The notes under the pieces were generated by a model. The model saw only the letters and a program-made list of their open reading frames with translations, did no database searches and was not told the DNA's origin. A stretch of DNA of 62,947 nucleotides, the filler included, from Choristocarpus tenellus KU-1152 (Eukaryota; Protista; Phaeophyceae), in the NCBI GenBank assembly GCA_964200185.2. It is 6 parts of 6 records of this genome, joined end to end, with 100 filler letters (N's around TTAATTAATTAA, not from the genome) between each part and the next. Parts side by side here need not be neighbours in the genome. Positions count along the whole stretch, not along the records: positions 1 to 31,345 come from CAXNAD020000083.1; positions 31,446 to 39,905 come from CAXNAD020004681.1; 4 more parts are not named here. The stretch is one strand, 5' to 3'. Within the stretch, counting starts at the first letter, position 1. Each line of letters starts with the position of its first letter. Positions 25,401-34,993 of the stretch are shown here, in pieces. The position numbers were made by a program, and so were the translations under genes.

Positions 25401-28400
25401 GGTACTACACTTTGAGATGGGCTAGAACTCATGATTCCAATATTTGTGATACCTTGTGCGAGATTTGTTCCATCTTACATAAATAGAAATGGTGCAAGCG
25501 TCCTACATTAAAGAAATACAACACGAACGTGATACGAAAATGCCATAGGGTATGGAGAAAATTTCTGTATGATTGTCTGTATTCCTCCCAAGGTGCGCAA
25601 CCCAACTCCTCTATATTCTCTGATCTGGAATAAAAAGCCCTCAGAAATGGTAGGCACCTTTGCATCTCCAAGTAGATAAGCACAACTCGGACCCTAATCC
25701 CATGTTTTTTATAGGTATGAAGAATAAACTTGCTTGACTTTTTGGTGGATCACTGCCTTCATTGCACTTGACTACAAAATTCAGCAACCTATTTCCGTTC
25801 TTTATTCTACCTATTCTAAGCAGAGTATGGTTACAGTAGAGCTTTCGTCAAAGAAACCTTTCTACAATTTGTGTACCCTCACAATTTTAGAAGGTGTTAA
25901 TAATCATCGAGTTCATATTAATGACAATACAGAAATAATTAATTGTCAGTTTAAGGATCTTTCTGGTCAGTTTTACCATTATGATGAACATAATTTTATG
26001 GATATTATGTTTATTAAGCAGTTAAAACTTAATATGCAAAATATCCAGAACTCAGAGAGATTAATTAAATGGGGAGTTTTTGGATTTGTTTTAAGGATGT
26101 TAAATAGTGAATATAAAATTCCTCTACCGCACCGTAGGTAATTGTTGGCAAGAGGTTAGGTCTGAGGAATCTACTGAGAAGGAACTCTTCTATGCTGTAT
26201 CTTACTTACAGGCCAGGCTGTATGGAATCGTATGCAATGAGTGCCCTGTGTGTAACGACTGCTTTGCAGGAAATAGTACCAAATGGCCAGAATGCACTCC
26301 TGTACCAGAGCATTCAAGTAGCAATTTGCGCAATGATACAATTGAGACAATTGTGCTGGATAATGGATACTGGAGGGCAACAAATTCAACCAGCTTTATA
26401 CATGAGTGTTTTCTTGGTGAGGCATGCAGCAATAATGCTGAGACTGCCATCTGCACTGAGGGCTATAAAGGGGCATGTGAGTGCAGCTCCAATTTGTCCC
26501 CCTTATTTGTAAAGCATACCTTGTCATTGCAAGTACTTTTAAGTGGTAAGTTTGAAGGAGAGATAGAATTGAATTATAGAACGATGTAGCCTCATGCGTC
26601 TGTAGTTGTAGCATTCACTATATGTTGAGACCTCTTCCCCCACGGATGCAATGTCTAAGAAATTTGACACTCAGGTCGTTTTGCCGTGACACTTATCCTG
26701 CTCTGGATGCATCTCTTTTTGTAGAATCTCGAGTGTCATGTTTACATGGATATAACCTATTGTTTTCAAATAGAGCAGCCCCCCCACAGGTGCACACGTA
26801 TTTCTCCTAGGTCTGATGACTACAAAATGCTGCATCTGAAAGCACTTTATCTACCTCAGATTGTCTCGTTTCTGTTCTCCTATGAAACGCAGAACTCAAG
26901 AACCGCTGAGATATCCTGATATCTTCTGTGCTCACCTTTACTTTCCACTTCCTCTCTATTTCCAGACTGCACTGTTTGTGATGATGGCTTTGCTCCTGGT
27001 CTGTCATACTCCTGTAGCAAGTGTGACAACAGGAGGAGGTCGTTGTCACTTGGGATTGGTATTTTTATCTTGGCTCTCGTTGTTCTGGTTGCAGCTGGGG
27101 GCATCATGCTTCTTATGACATCATCAAGGAGGTGGAGAAAGGTTTCGGGTAGCTTCTCTGATCGCATGCAACGGGTGATATCTTTTCAAGGCCTCAAAAT
27201 TGTGGTGGTCGTATGGCAAATTACTACTCAGGCAAGTTATGTCACTCTGTCGATATATTTTCTCACTCCTCACTATCAGGTCACTTGAACAATGTAAGGT
27301 TGATGGAATAGTTATAATCCAAACTGAGCACCACTACAATTAACTGCATTGATGATATACCACAACTACTATGAGGTCAGGTCAGAAAGTGGATTTTGCG
27401 TCAAATATACATCGGCTGATGATGGGCGTTGATGGATCATTTTCAATTAGAAGGAACAACATTTTCTTATCATGGTTGAGTGTGCCATGTAGTCATACTT
27501 TCTTACATTTTATGAGGTATCACGCATGTGATACTTGCAAGTTTAAGATTTTATCTGACTGTCCAGAAGTTGCACATTTGCTACTGACAGGAGTCAATGC
27601 GTACCAGGTTGTACATTGAATTTGATGCTACATCCTCAAGCTGAATGCCAGATAAGGATAAGGGACGCAACTTGAAGAGAGAGAGATTCATAGAGATTTT
27701 GGTATATCATTGTCACTGTTCTGAAAAACGTGCTATAGGAAGAGGAAGACACCCAAAATTCTATTTTGATGAAGGTCTTAGACTTGACCTTATTTTATTA
27801 GGCCATCACATTTGAGAAACGAGGTTATGGATTGTGCCCTACACATTTTTTTTGCTCCATACCAGCTGTTGGTTGTAGTTTGCGGTTAGCATGTGAAGCA
27901 GAATCCCAAACACTCCAATAATTGTCCTCAGGAGGAATAGGAGGATCCGCCAATGGCTAGGGTCAGGATGTACCAGTCTTATTAATTACAAGAATTGGAT
28001 GTTGGCCACTGTGTTGATATTTTGTGCCTATATTATCTTATTTTCTCACCACAAGGCAAGAGGTCGCATAGTGGTGGTCATAGTTATACAGTCAAGGCCT
28101 ATGAACACTTTCAAGAGCTGCATTATGTAAGGAGCTCCCATGTGCTTCAGATGGCATGCTGGGAACAACATGAAAGAAGGAAATCAACGTATCAACCCAT
28201 AGAGTGGTGGGGGTTCATAATTCTGGAAAAAAATGGTGATCTGAAGTATATCTATTTAGTACTCTCGTATTCATAGTTTGATTTGAAGTGCCCCCCCGAA
28301 CCTTGTCCAACCTCCAGGATCCATCTCATACAACAGGTTGGTAGTCCAATACAATATTTTTCTTGCCCATCTGTGTTCTTACACTTCGGTGCCACATGCC

Positions 28401-29499
28401 GTTTGCCGCAACTCCTAACCATTACCATGATCTTCTCAACCGCTGCTTTTTTGCACCTCAGTTTTCCGAGGCTGCCAACGCTTCATACCCAGATCAATAT
28501 GAGACATTTCTCAACCTTATTGACATTGTCAACTTGGATGTTACGTGGTGGATGCGACTAATCTCTGCTGGATGTGTTGTTAGCATGAATTTCTACGATT
28601 ACCTGCTGATATCAACCCTTGGACCACTTACGATTCTCTTCGTGCTGGGGATAACTTACAAGTTTGCAATGATTAGAAACCGAGGTGGCCCAGAAGCAAC
28701 TCTGATGAGGATTAGGCGGAGACACATCTCAGTTGGATACGCGGTAACTTTCCTTGTTTTCTCATTTTCTTCATCCAAGATCTTTCAAACGTTTGCCTGC
28801 GAGGAGCTTGAGGATGGCAAGACATACTTACGAGCTGACTACAGCCTGGAGTGTACATCTGATAGGCATCAAGCCTTCCAGGCATACGCCGCAATTATGA
28901 TCTTCGTCTACCCTTTGGGTATTCCAATCCTGTATGGATATATTTTCTTCGCCAACCGAAAAGCCTTGATGAGCAAGAAATCAAGTGTGGGAAATCCAGA
29001 CCTGCAGCCCTTTGTGGAATTATGGCGGCAATACAAGCCAAAACGATTTTACTTCGAGTTGGTGGATCTCGGTCGCAGAGTAGTACTAACTGGGATAGTT
29101 GTGTTCATCTATCCTGGCACTGCTGCACAAATAGCTATAACATTCATGCTTGCTCTGTGCTTCCTGTGGCTCACTGAAATACTTAACCCCTACAAGAACG
29201 TTAAAGACATGTGGCTGTCAAGGGTAGGAAACTTCGTGATCTTGACTAGCATGTTTGTTGCCCTCGTTGTCAAAGTGGATGTAGAAGGTGAAAGCAGTTC
29301 TAGTCAGGAGATGTTCTCCAATATTATCATTTTCGCTCACGTTTGCATGGCTGCCACAGTGTTGCTGAATTCACTAGTGATCATTTTATCTTCTTTTGGA
29401 TGTTTATCTCTGCCAGAAGAGTCCATAGAACCACGTAAAAATCAGCACGGGGCTTTAGATGACGATGATGTAGGTTGTGAGGATATCCAGTCTCCATAG
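1464..29499 (+). CDS. 5'-truncated multi-exon gene: Pmp-like (GGA[I/L]...FxxNxA) beta-helix repeat protein with Cys-rich stalk and multi-pass transmembrane C-terminus (adhesin/receptor-like)
   Basis: Exons read by eye, all after AG: 1464-1547, 2186-2269, 2487-2570, 3322-3405, 4565-4648, [5286-5369], 6067-6147, 6806-6895, 7134-7217, 8212-8295, 9454-9537, [10149-10232], 10884-10967, 11727-11810, 16594-16677, 19459-19887, 20188-20405, 26212-26476, 26966-27231, 28462-29499 (TAG). Phases join into one stop-free frame (about 1100 codons without the bracketed GG-donor exons). No start codon or signal peptide in the window. Confidence 0.88.
4315..4549 (+). mobile_element. MITE family A copy, TSD TCA
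   Basis: TCA at 4312-4314 and 4550-4552; empty paralogous site at ~9438. Confidence 0.9.
5286..5369 (+). pseudogene. Repeat exon E6 with non-canonical donor (GGAAGG); probable silent or pseudo-exon
   Basis: CAG acceptor at 5283-5285; open frame xNIGGAVHASTSCILNFNGGSNYHTKSA; donor reads GGAAGGCCATGCG where sister exons read GTAAGTCCATGCG or GTGAGTCCATGCG. Confidence 0.6.
7333..7513. mobile_element. MITE family B copy, TSD AGC
   Basis: Termini ...CAAAAGTATCTGTGGGG and CCCCGATACATTGAGTC; AGC on both flanks; opposite orientation to the 23928 copy. Confidence 0.8.
8369..8595 (-). mobile_element. MITE family A copy, TSD TAT
   Basis: TAT at 8366-8368 and 8596-8598; empty paralogous site at 3473-3475. 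Confidence 0.9.
9096..9349 (-). mobile_element. MITE family A copy, TSD TGC/TGT
   Basis: Empty paralogous site with single TGT at 4224-4226. Confidence 0.9.
10149..10232 (+). pseudogene. Repeat exon E12, identical copy of E6 with the same GGAAGG donor
   Basis: Sequence and flanks identical by eye to 5286-5369. Confidence 0.6.
12400..13200 (-). mobile_element. Highly degenerate Copia-like integrase relic (intron)
   Basis: Frameshifted fragments resembling the (T)PEQNGxAERxNRT and VYxLKxKS integrase motifs; many stops. Confidence 0.35.
13690..14700 (-). mobile_element. Degenerate mariner-like transposase relic interrupted by MITE A
   Basis: Minus-strand fragments RIDE (~14680), FPKVIFI...DFDRECGIWRI, TQSAQSPDLNINDLVFF, then after the MITE VDELVEGV...RVWQGQFKRYSQVL...NNFEVEH. 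Confidence 0.75.
13846..14103 (+). mobile_element. MITE family A copy nested in a mariner relic
   Basis: TIR GAGTGAAAGTATCTTAGAGAGTA ... TACCCTCTAAAGATACTTTGAGTC; flanks ACA/ATA. Confidence 0.88.
17227..17476 (+). mobile_element. MITE family A copy (degenerate left end)
   Basis: Internal sequence and right TIR match the other copies. Confidence 0.8.
19459..20405 (+). CDS. Receptor gene: two larger exons with further GG(A/G)...FxxN repeats leading to the stalk
   Basis: Exon 19459-19887 (429 nt, phase 1-1; NGGAIFALES...FSGNTA) and exon 20188-20405 (GSGGAILQAG...FTGNSLFCDAGMY...QPQ|GTATTC). Confidence 0.85.
20921..21174 (+). mobile_element. MITE family A copy
   Basis: Matches family consensus; ends AGATACTTTGACTC. 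Confidence 0.85.
21345..21602 (+). mobile_element. MITE family A copy, TSD AAA
   Basis: Starts GAGTGAAAGTATCTTAGAGGGTA; AAA on both flanks. Confidence 0.88.
23928..24108. mobile_element. MITE family B copy, TSD TCA
   Basis: GGCTCAAAGTATCTGGG ... CCCAGATACTTTAGGTC; TCA on both flanks. Confidence 0.88.
24450..24950 (-). mobile_element. Highly degenerate Copia-like reverse transcriptase relic (intron)
   Basis: Fragments resembling YVDD (here LDVDNI) followed by DLGE...FLG; frameshifted. Confidence 0.3.
26212..27231 (+). CDS. Receptor gene: Cys-rich stalk and first TM exons
   Basis: Exon 26212-26476 (CNECPVCNDC...LDNGYWR...CFLGEAC...CTEGYKGA) joins exon 26966-27231 (YCTVCDDGFAPGLSYSCSKC, hydrophobic helix, GLKIVVVVWQITTQ), which ends at a GC donor (CAG|GCAAGT). 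Confidence 0.85.
28462..29499 (+). CDS. Receptor gene: terminal exon encoding the multi-pass transmembrane domain
   Basis: In frame within ORF 28363-29499 after CCTCAG; about 7 hydrophobic helices; motifs FQTFAC...YLRADYSLEC, VYPLGIP, YKPKRFYFELVDLGRR, LNPY; acidic tail. Confidence 0.9.
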   Translation, partial: FSEAANASYPDQYETFLNLIDIVNLDVTWWMRLISAGCVVSMNFYDYLLISTLGPLTILFVLGITYKFAMIRNRGGPEATLMRIRRRHISVGYAVTFLVFSFSSSKIFQTFACEELEDGKTYLRADYSLECTSDRHQAFQAYAAIMIFVYPLGIPILYGYIFFANRKALMSKKSSVGNPDLQPFVELWRQYKPKRFYFELVDLGRRVVLTGIVVFIYPGTAAQIAITFMLALCFLWLTEILNPYKNVKDMWLSRVGNFVILTSMFVALVVKVDVEGESSSSQEMFSNIIIFAHVCMAATVLLNSLVIILSSFGCLSLPEESIEPRKNQHGALDDDDVGCEDIQSP

Positions 29500-29900
29500 G
29501 TTGAAGTATGTTGGAGAGGTGGTGCGTATGCTTGCTACTGATGAGCAGGGCATAAGCAATTTTGTTTCATGCGTACATCCTGGAAGAGTGAGATCTCCCA
29601 TCACCTTAGGCAAGTTCGTACCTGGGTTCTTTTCCGTTTCTACAGTCATCCTCTTGTCTTTTATCTGCTGCTGTATCGTAAGGTTTGTTTAGTTCCCTTT
29701 TTTCCCAGTCTTTTTGTGTTGTGATCTTTGAAGATATGATTGTTGAAGTCTGTGAAGAGAGGCTCAGGTAGGGATATTCTGAGAGTCGATCTTACGTGAA
29801 GGTTCTATAAGTAGAGGCCTTGGGGAACAGGTGTTTTTTTAAGAGACTGTAGCCTAAGGTGAAGTTGAATCGGTGGAGTGAAGCATAAATAATTCCTGAT

Positions 29901-30155
29901 GAGTGAAAGTATTGTAAGGCGTACAATTTTTGCCCTGTTTGTTTGGGGCTTGACTTCCCATGCCAGTGTTTTTTACATTTTCTTACTCCGAAATGTTTCG
30001 GAGTAGGTAAAGTGTATACGTTATCAAAAGGGGTATCCAGAACAAGGATATTGACACTTACTAATGTACATGATAACCAAAATTACATCAACATCTCAAC
30101 ATTGGATTTCGGACCCCAAACTGACACAGTTCTACCCTCTAAGGTACTTTGAGTC
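29901..30155 (+). mobile_element. MITE family A copy
   Basis: Matches consensus; flanked by TGAT on both sides (4-bp match, unlike other copies). Confidence 0.85.
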
Positions 30156-31345
30156 TGATGTCACATGAAGTGAGGTGCTCTGAGGGGAGGGTTGTGTTCT
30201 TGTGGAAGTAAGGTTGTAGTTCTACTGAAACAAATGGAACCAATAAACTTACAGAAGGAAAACAAACACATGAAATGCACGTACTCTGTATCCGTACATG
30301 ACAAGGATTGTGTTACAGGCGCCCCTCTCAGAACTCACTTCAACAGGATGTACAACTCAAATCCAATTCACAGATTAACATACATCAGCTCAGCAGAACA
30401 GGAGTACTCTCAGGTGAATCAAGCAGCACAAGGAAAATAGGTTTATTGATATCAGTAAGAGAGAACTGAAAAGGTGGGGTCTCTGTGTCAGAAACACTGA
30501 GCCGTTTGGAGCCGTTTTTAGGATCTCTTATCATCATTTATCGTTGGGGCTTCTTTTGGTTTACGAACATTGGAATATATCTGAGAACCTTTGCGACCTT
30601 TCCATCTGGGACCCTTTGTGACATTCCCGAGTTAGAGATTTTATTCTACAACTTTTTAGTAAATCGGAGTTCCCCCTTCTGGGTTTCCTCACTCGCGTAC
30701 GCTGCTCGCGCCGGTTAAAGGGCGGGAAGAAATATTTGCGCTATTGGCCTGTAACATGCCCCCCAGCGTGTTACAGTAGATTACCCTATTTTGGGCCAAA
30801 TATTATGAACCAAATCGAAAATAATCAATTTTGTACCGTTTTTTTTCGACATGCTCAAAAATAGGATTTTGTACCGGAATTCTCGTATTCGGGAGATTTG
30901 GCACAAATCCCAGAGATATTCACGCAAGAGTGGCGCGTGCGCAAAAATTTCTTGCGAAAAGTGCCCTTCTTCTTGGGTCCTGCTACCATACAGCAGTACA
31001 GTATGTTACTGGTAGGGGAATAATGTGGAAGTCCGCCTTGTGCAGCGGGAAACCTTGGCAAGATGCCTTCAAACACACCAGGTCCGCCTTTCTACACAAT
31101 CCACAAGTGCCGTAAGTGCAGTAGGTACCTCCATGGTATAGGTGGTGTAAAGCATCCCAAACTCAACGATGACTGCAAACGTTTGTGCGAGGGGCAGTGC
31201 TTGGCACTGCAGCAAGTCGCAAGCACTGACTGCAAGGGCACATTGTTATCGGCTTCATCGCTCGGCTCACTGAACGGTAGCTCGTCTGGTGCTGCAGCTG
31301 GCAGCCGCGGGCAGAAATCTAGTGCCCCTTCCAGGAGGGGTCATG

Positions 31346-31445
31346 NNNNNNNNNNNNNNNNNNNNNNNNNNNNNNNNNNNNNNNNNNNNTTAATTAATTA
31401 ANNNNNNNNNNNNNNNNNNNNNNNNNNNNNNNNNNNNNNNNNNNN
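31346..31445. other. Artificial contig spacer (44 N + TTAATTAATTAA + 44 N)
   Basis: Six-frame-stop linker, repeated identically at 39906-40005, 49964-50063, 52582-52681 and 56509-56608. Confidence 0.97.
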
Positions 31446-31501
31446 ATGAAAAAATTGACCCCAAATGGACAGCCGCCACCCCCTCCCAGATACTTCGAGC
31501 C
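31446..31501. mobile_element. MITE family B, partial at contig start
   Basis: Same end sequence as 1-50. Confidence 0.8.
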
Positions 31502-33564
31502 TTAGACACTGCTCAAACTTCCTAATCCGTCAATGAAGATTTTATATTTTAGCATTTAACACATTATCTTGCAAACGGTATGATTTTCGAGCGCTGATTT
31601 GTCAGACATGAAAAATAGATATGCTCCTTAATGGTAGGAGACATTATTGCATTATTGTAGACCCACCAAAGTTGCCCTACAATTAGTCCATGGCGTAGCA
31701 ACTGCAGGCAAGAGTCTTTCAATGTAGAGCGGTTGTTGTCAGATATCTGTCATATGGAGGCATCATGGATCTTATGCAGCCACACAACAATGATGTAGGT
31801 TGATTTCTGTTGCTCTCCGAGGAGAGATATCAGATGCTCAACTCAAGCCTTGGCTTCAAATCGTGGATAGTCAGACTATTGTCCTTACCCGCACATCATC
31901 AGCCATGTAAATGAATGAAACAAACGAGAACCTCACGGGAAGATGATGGACTTTTGTTGTAACGCCTCTCAATTTGGTCTCACCTCAGAGGAAATGAATG
32001 CGCTGATAAGGAACAACAATAAATAAATAAAATAGGAAATAGATTTAACATGTTTCGCTTTTGTGTGGCGGCTTGTTATATTTCTCCAGGGATTTTTCAG
32101 GTATGTGAATAGGTTTTCATTAGTTGTTTCCTCTGGCACCTCTGGAAAATGTCTGAGGGCATAATAATGAAAATGTAAGGAACAACACAATTCAAACTGG
32201 ATTTCGGCTAAGTTGGAGGTATGATGTAACTAAGAGAATATTGTTGACGGAGTATTTGTGGAACCACTTGTACCACTCACAAAGTATATGCACAGCATCA
32301 TACCACTCTACCAAGTTTCCGGATCGGTCGGAAATTTCTAAATTGGAGATAAAACAGGAAGTTTCCCCAAGTGAGTCCTTCTGGCCTATATGTATGTTTC
32401 TATCTCTAACAACATTGATAAGGAATGACATAGTCGAGATTCAATTTTCCCTCTCACCTTGAATATTTTGCTCCCTAATTACTGCCCACTCAGGTGGAAC
32501 CACCAGATTCAAAGTTGGCAAAATCTGCCATCGCCAATAGTGCTGGTTTCAAGGAAATCCCTGGCTAAGTATCTGAAACAAGGGTGATTTGACAAGGGAA
32601 ATTCCTTTACCACTGGAGGAACCCCTTCTGACCCCTCACATAAATAAAAGTACTGGTTACCTGAGATTGTAGTTACGCTGGGAAAGATATTCCTGCTTAG
32701 ATGTGGCCTACAGTCTTTTGAATACCCCTACATAAAAACAATGTACTACTGGTATGTCAGGAGCAAAAGGTCTAGAAGCAAAAACAGAATGGCCTGCTGT
32801 GATGTGAAGGTCATCACCAAAGATCAAAATCTCAAAACTGAGGTAGCTCAATTGGTGTGGTCCCATTGGATGGAATCACATATCGGAGGAAAGTGAACAG
32901 GCGAAGACTGGCAGCAGTTGGCCGCAGATAGGCACATGCAATAGTATTATATATGATCTAGTGAGGTACTAGTAGAGTATCATGCATTTGATAGGGCAGT
33001 CTGCGCCTTACACTGCCGATATAGATGCATTGACCATAGGGATGCGAGACTGCCATTTATATAAAAACAATGCTTGCTGCATAATAGAAACATGCTGAGT
33101 TTCCCACCTATCATAATTCACCCTTCAAAACAACGTCCAAGGGCTTGTGCAATATAAGGTGAGCAAGGAGCAAAAACGGTTACCCCAAGCATACTTATCT
33201 CGCCAACTGCATTTACTCTCCCCAGCCACAGGCAGCATATGTGGAACTACCATGCTACAACAGAACTCCGGTAAGTATGTGGTCTACGGCATCCACATCT
33301 CTGGTACTGAGAGAATTAGGGGTTACAATGAGGTTGTCCAGTCAAGACAATACACTGTCCATCCCGTATCAGTGAAGCAGTAAAATTTGGGGGTACTGAG
33401 AGCTGCTCTTACCAGCAAGAATTGCTAAGCTTATTTGTTAAATTGTGTAACCTAAAATTCACACCTCTTTTTCAAACCTCTAAAGCACATTCTGAAATAT
33501 TTCAGAACGACATGATACCAAAACGATCGAAGAGGTGAGAACATGTTTCACCAACTAGAACAGT

Positions 33565-33583
33565 CCTAACCCTAACCCTAACC
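33565..33583. repeat. Short interstitial telomeric repeat (CCCTAA)n
   Basis: CCTAACCCTAACCCTAACC; similar short tracts near 9652, 11970, 14620, 15700, 42475 and 53620. Confidence 0.7.
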
Positions 33584-34993
33584 ACAGGTTACCTACTCAC
33601 ATGATAGACCAACACTATATGTATCATATTTCTACGCCTAACAAGATCTAGACAAAGCTCTAGGTTGTATCAACCCCATTACAATGATGCCCATCCCAGC
33701 ATGCTCCACACCCTGAGATCTATGTGTACACTCACTTGAGCTATATCCTCTTGTGTAGCAGACAAGACGTTTTTGTGCATGGATTAAAAAATGGTTGTAG
33801 TGGCGGAGAACATACAATCCACATGATTACCCATCCATTCTACGAACATAAGGGAAGAACTGAGTTGATTACCTTCCTCCCCTACACAATTTTGCTGCAT
33901 CTGGTTGTACAGTTCTTTATCCCTGAGGATTTTTTCGCATGGATCAACCATACACAAGTTCTAAAACATCATTATATGCCTAGCCCAACAAAATAGGATA
34001 CACTGACGATAGTAGGTGATTAAGAAGAGCGACTTATTTCTTACCATATGGTGCTTGCCCAAAGGCCTGTCGACCCTTGTTAGACTTCGGATTCTGCGAA
34101 GTAAAAAAGATGCTTGGATCTAGACAATGTTCAAAAAAGAGCAAAAAAACTGCCACAAAATAAATTGGGAGCAATTACATGTTATTTCATGAAGGCTCCA
34201 CGGAAGCAAAATCTTGAGGCAATCCCTGATGCAGGCCTAAGTCATACTATGTACTGATATGTACTGTGAGGTATACTAAATTTTAAGTACTTGATTCATC
34301 CTACCTACGAAACCTGTCCAGTAATTGAGGTCAGCAGCAAGTAAGGAGTAACTTCCCTCATGCCAAGGTCGTGACAAGTCATAGCGATGAGAAGCAGAGG
34401 CAAACAGACTTCATTCATCCCAGGTTCAAGTCAGGCTATTTGCAGAAGAGAAAGAATCGAATTGTAGATAAAGAATTCACACCAGAAGTTATCCAATTTA
34501 AGCTATAGATAGTGTAATATATATCCAGGGATTTACTGCAGGGGTTGAGATCGTGACTTCAACCAAGGGTACAGATATCTCTGGCTCCTCACTGAAAGCG
34601 AGCAGCCATCCATGCCTTCCTTGGCGCAAAATTTGAAGCTACAGGAATCAGTACATGATCAAAAACGAACAGAAGATGAAGCTAAAAAATATCTCTTGTC
34701 CCCCTCCTACCTATCACGCATTATTTCTGCACATACAAGTAAAGCACCTCCATAGAAAATGACTATTTGTGGAAGTGGAAGCAGCCCCCAAGCAGAAATT
34801 ACCATGCAACTCATCCAGTATGTGTACCTTCCTTAATCGCCAATATATTGGGCTCACAAATATGGGAAGGAAGGCCTTCTGGTCATATCCACCCTTCCAT
34901 TCTCAAACATCCCATAGAGGAGCCAGAAAATTACCACAGGAATAACTGACTTGTTACAGCCAAGTGTTCATAGTGGTGTTGCTTAGGGCTGCC

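Noticed and set aside
31390-31401. TTAATTAATTAA as a regulatory palindrome or recombination site
   Set aside because: Always centred in 44+44 N; a six-frame-stop assembly linker.
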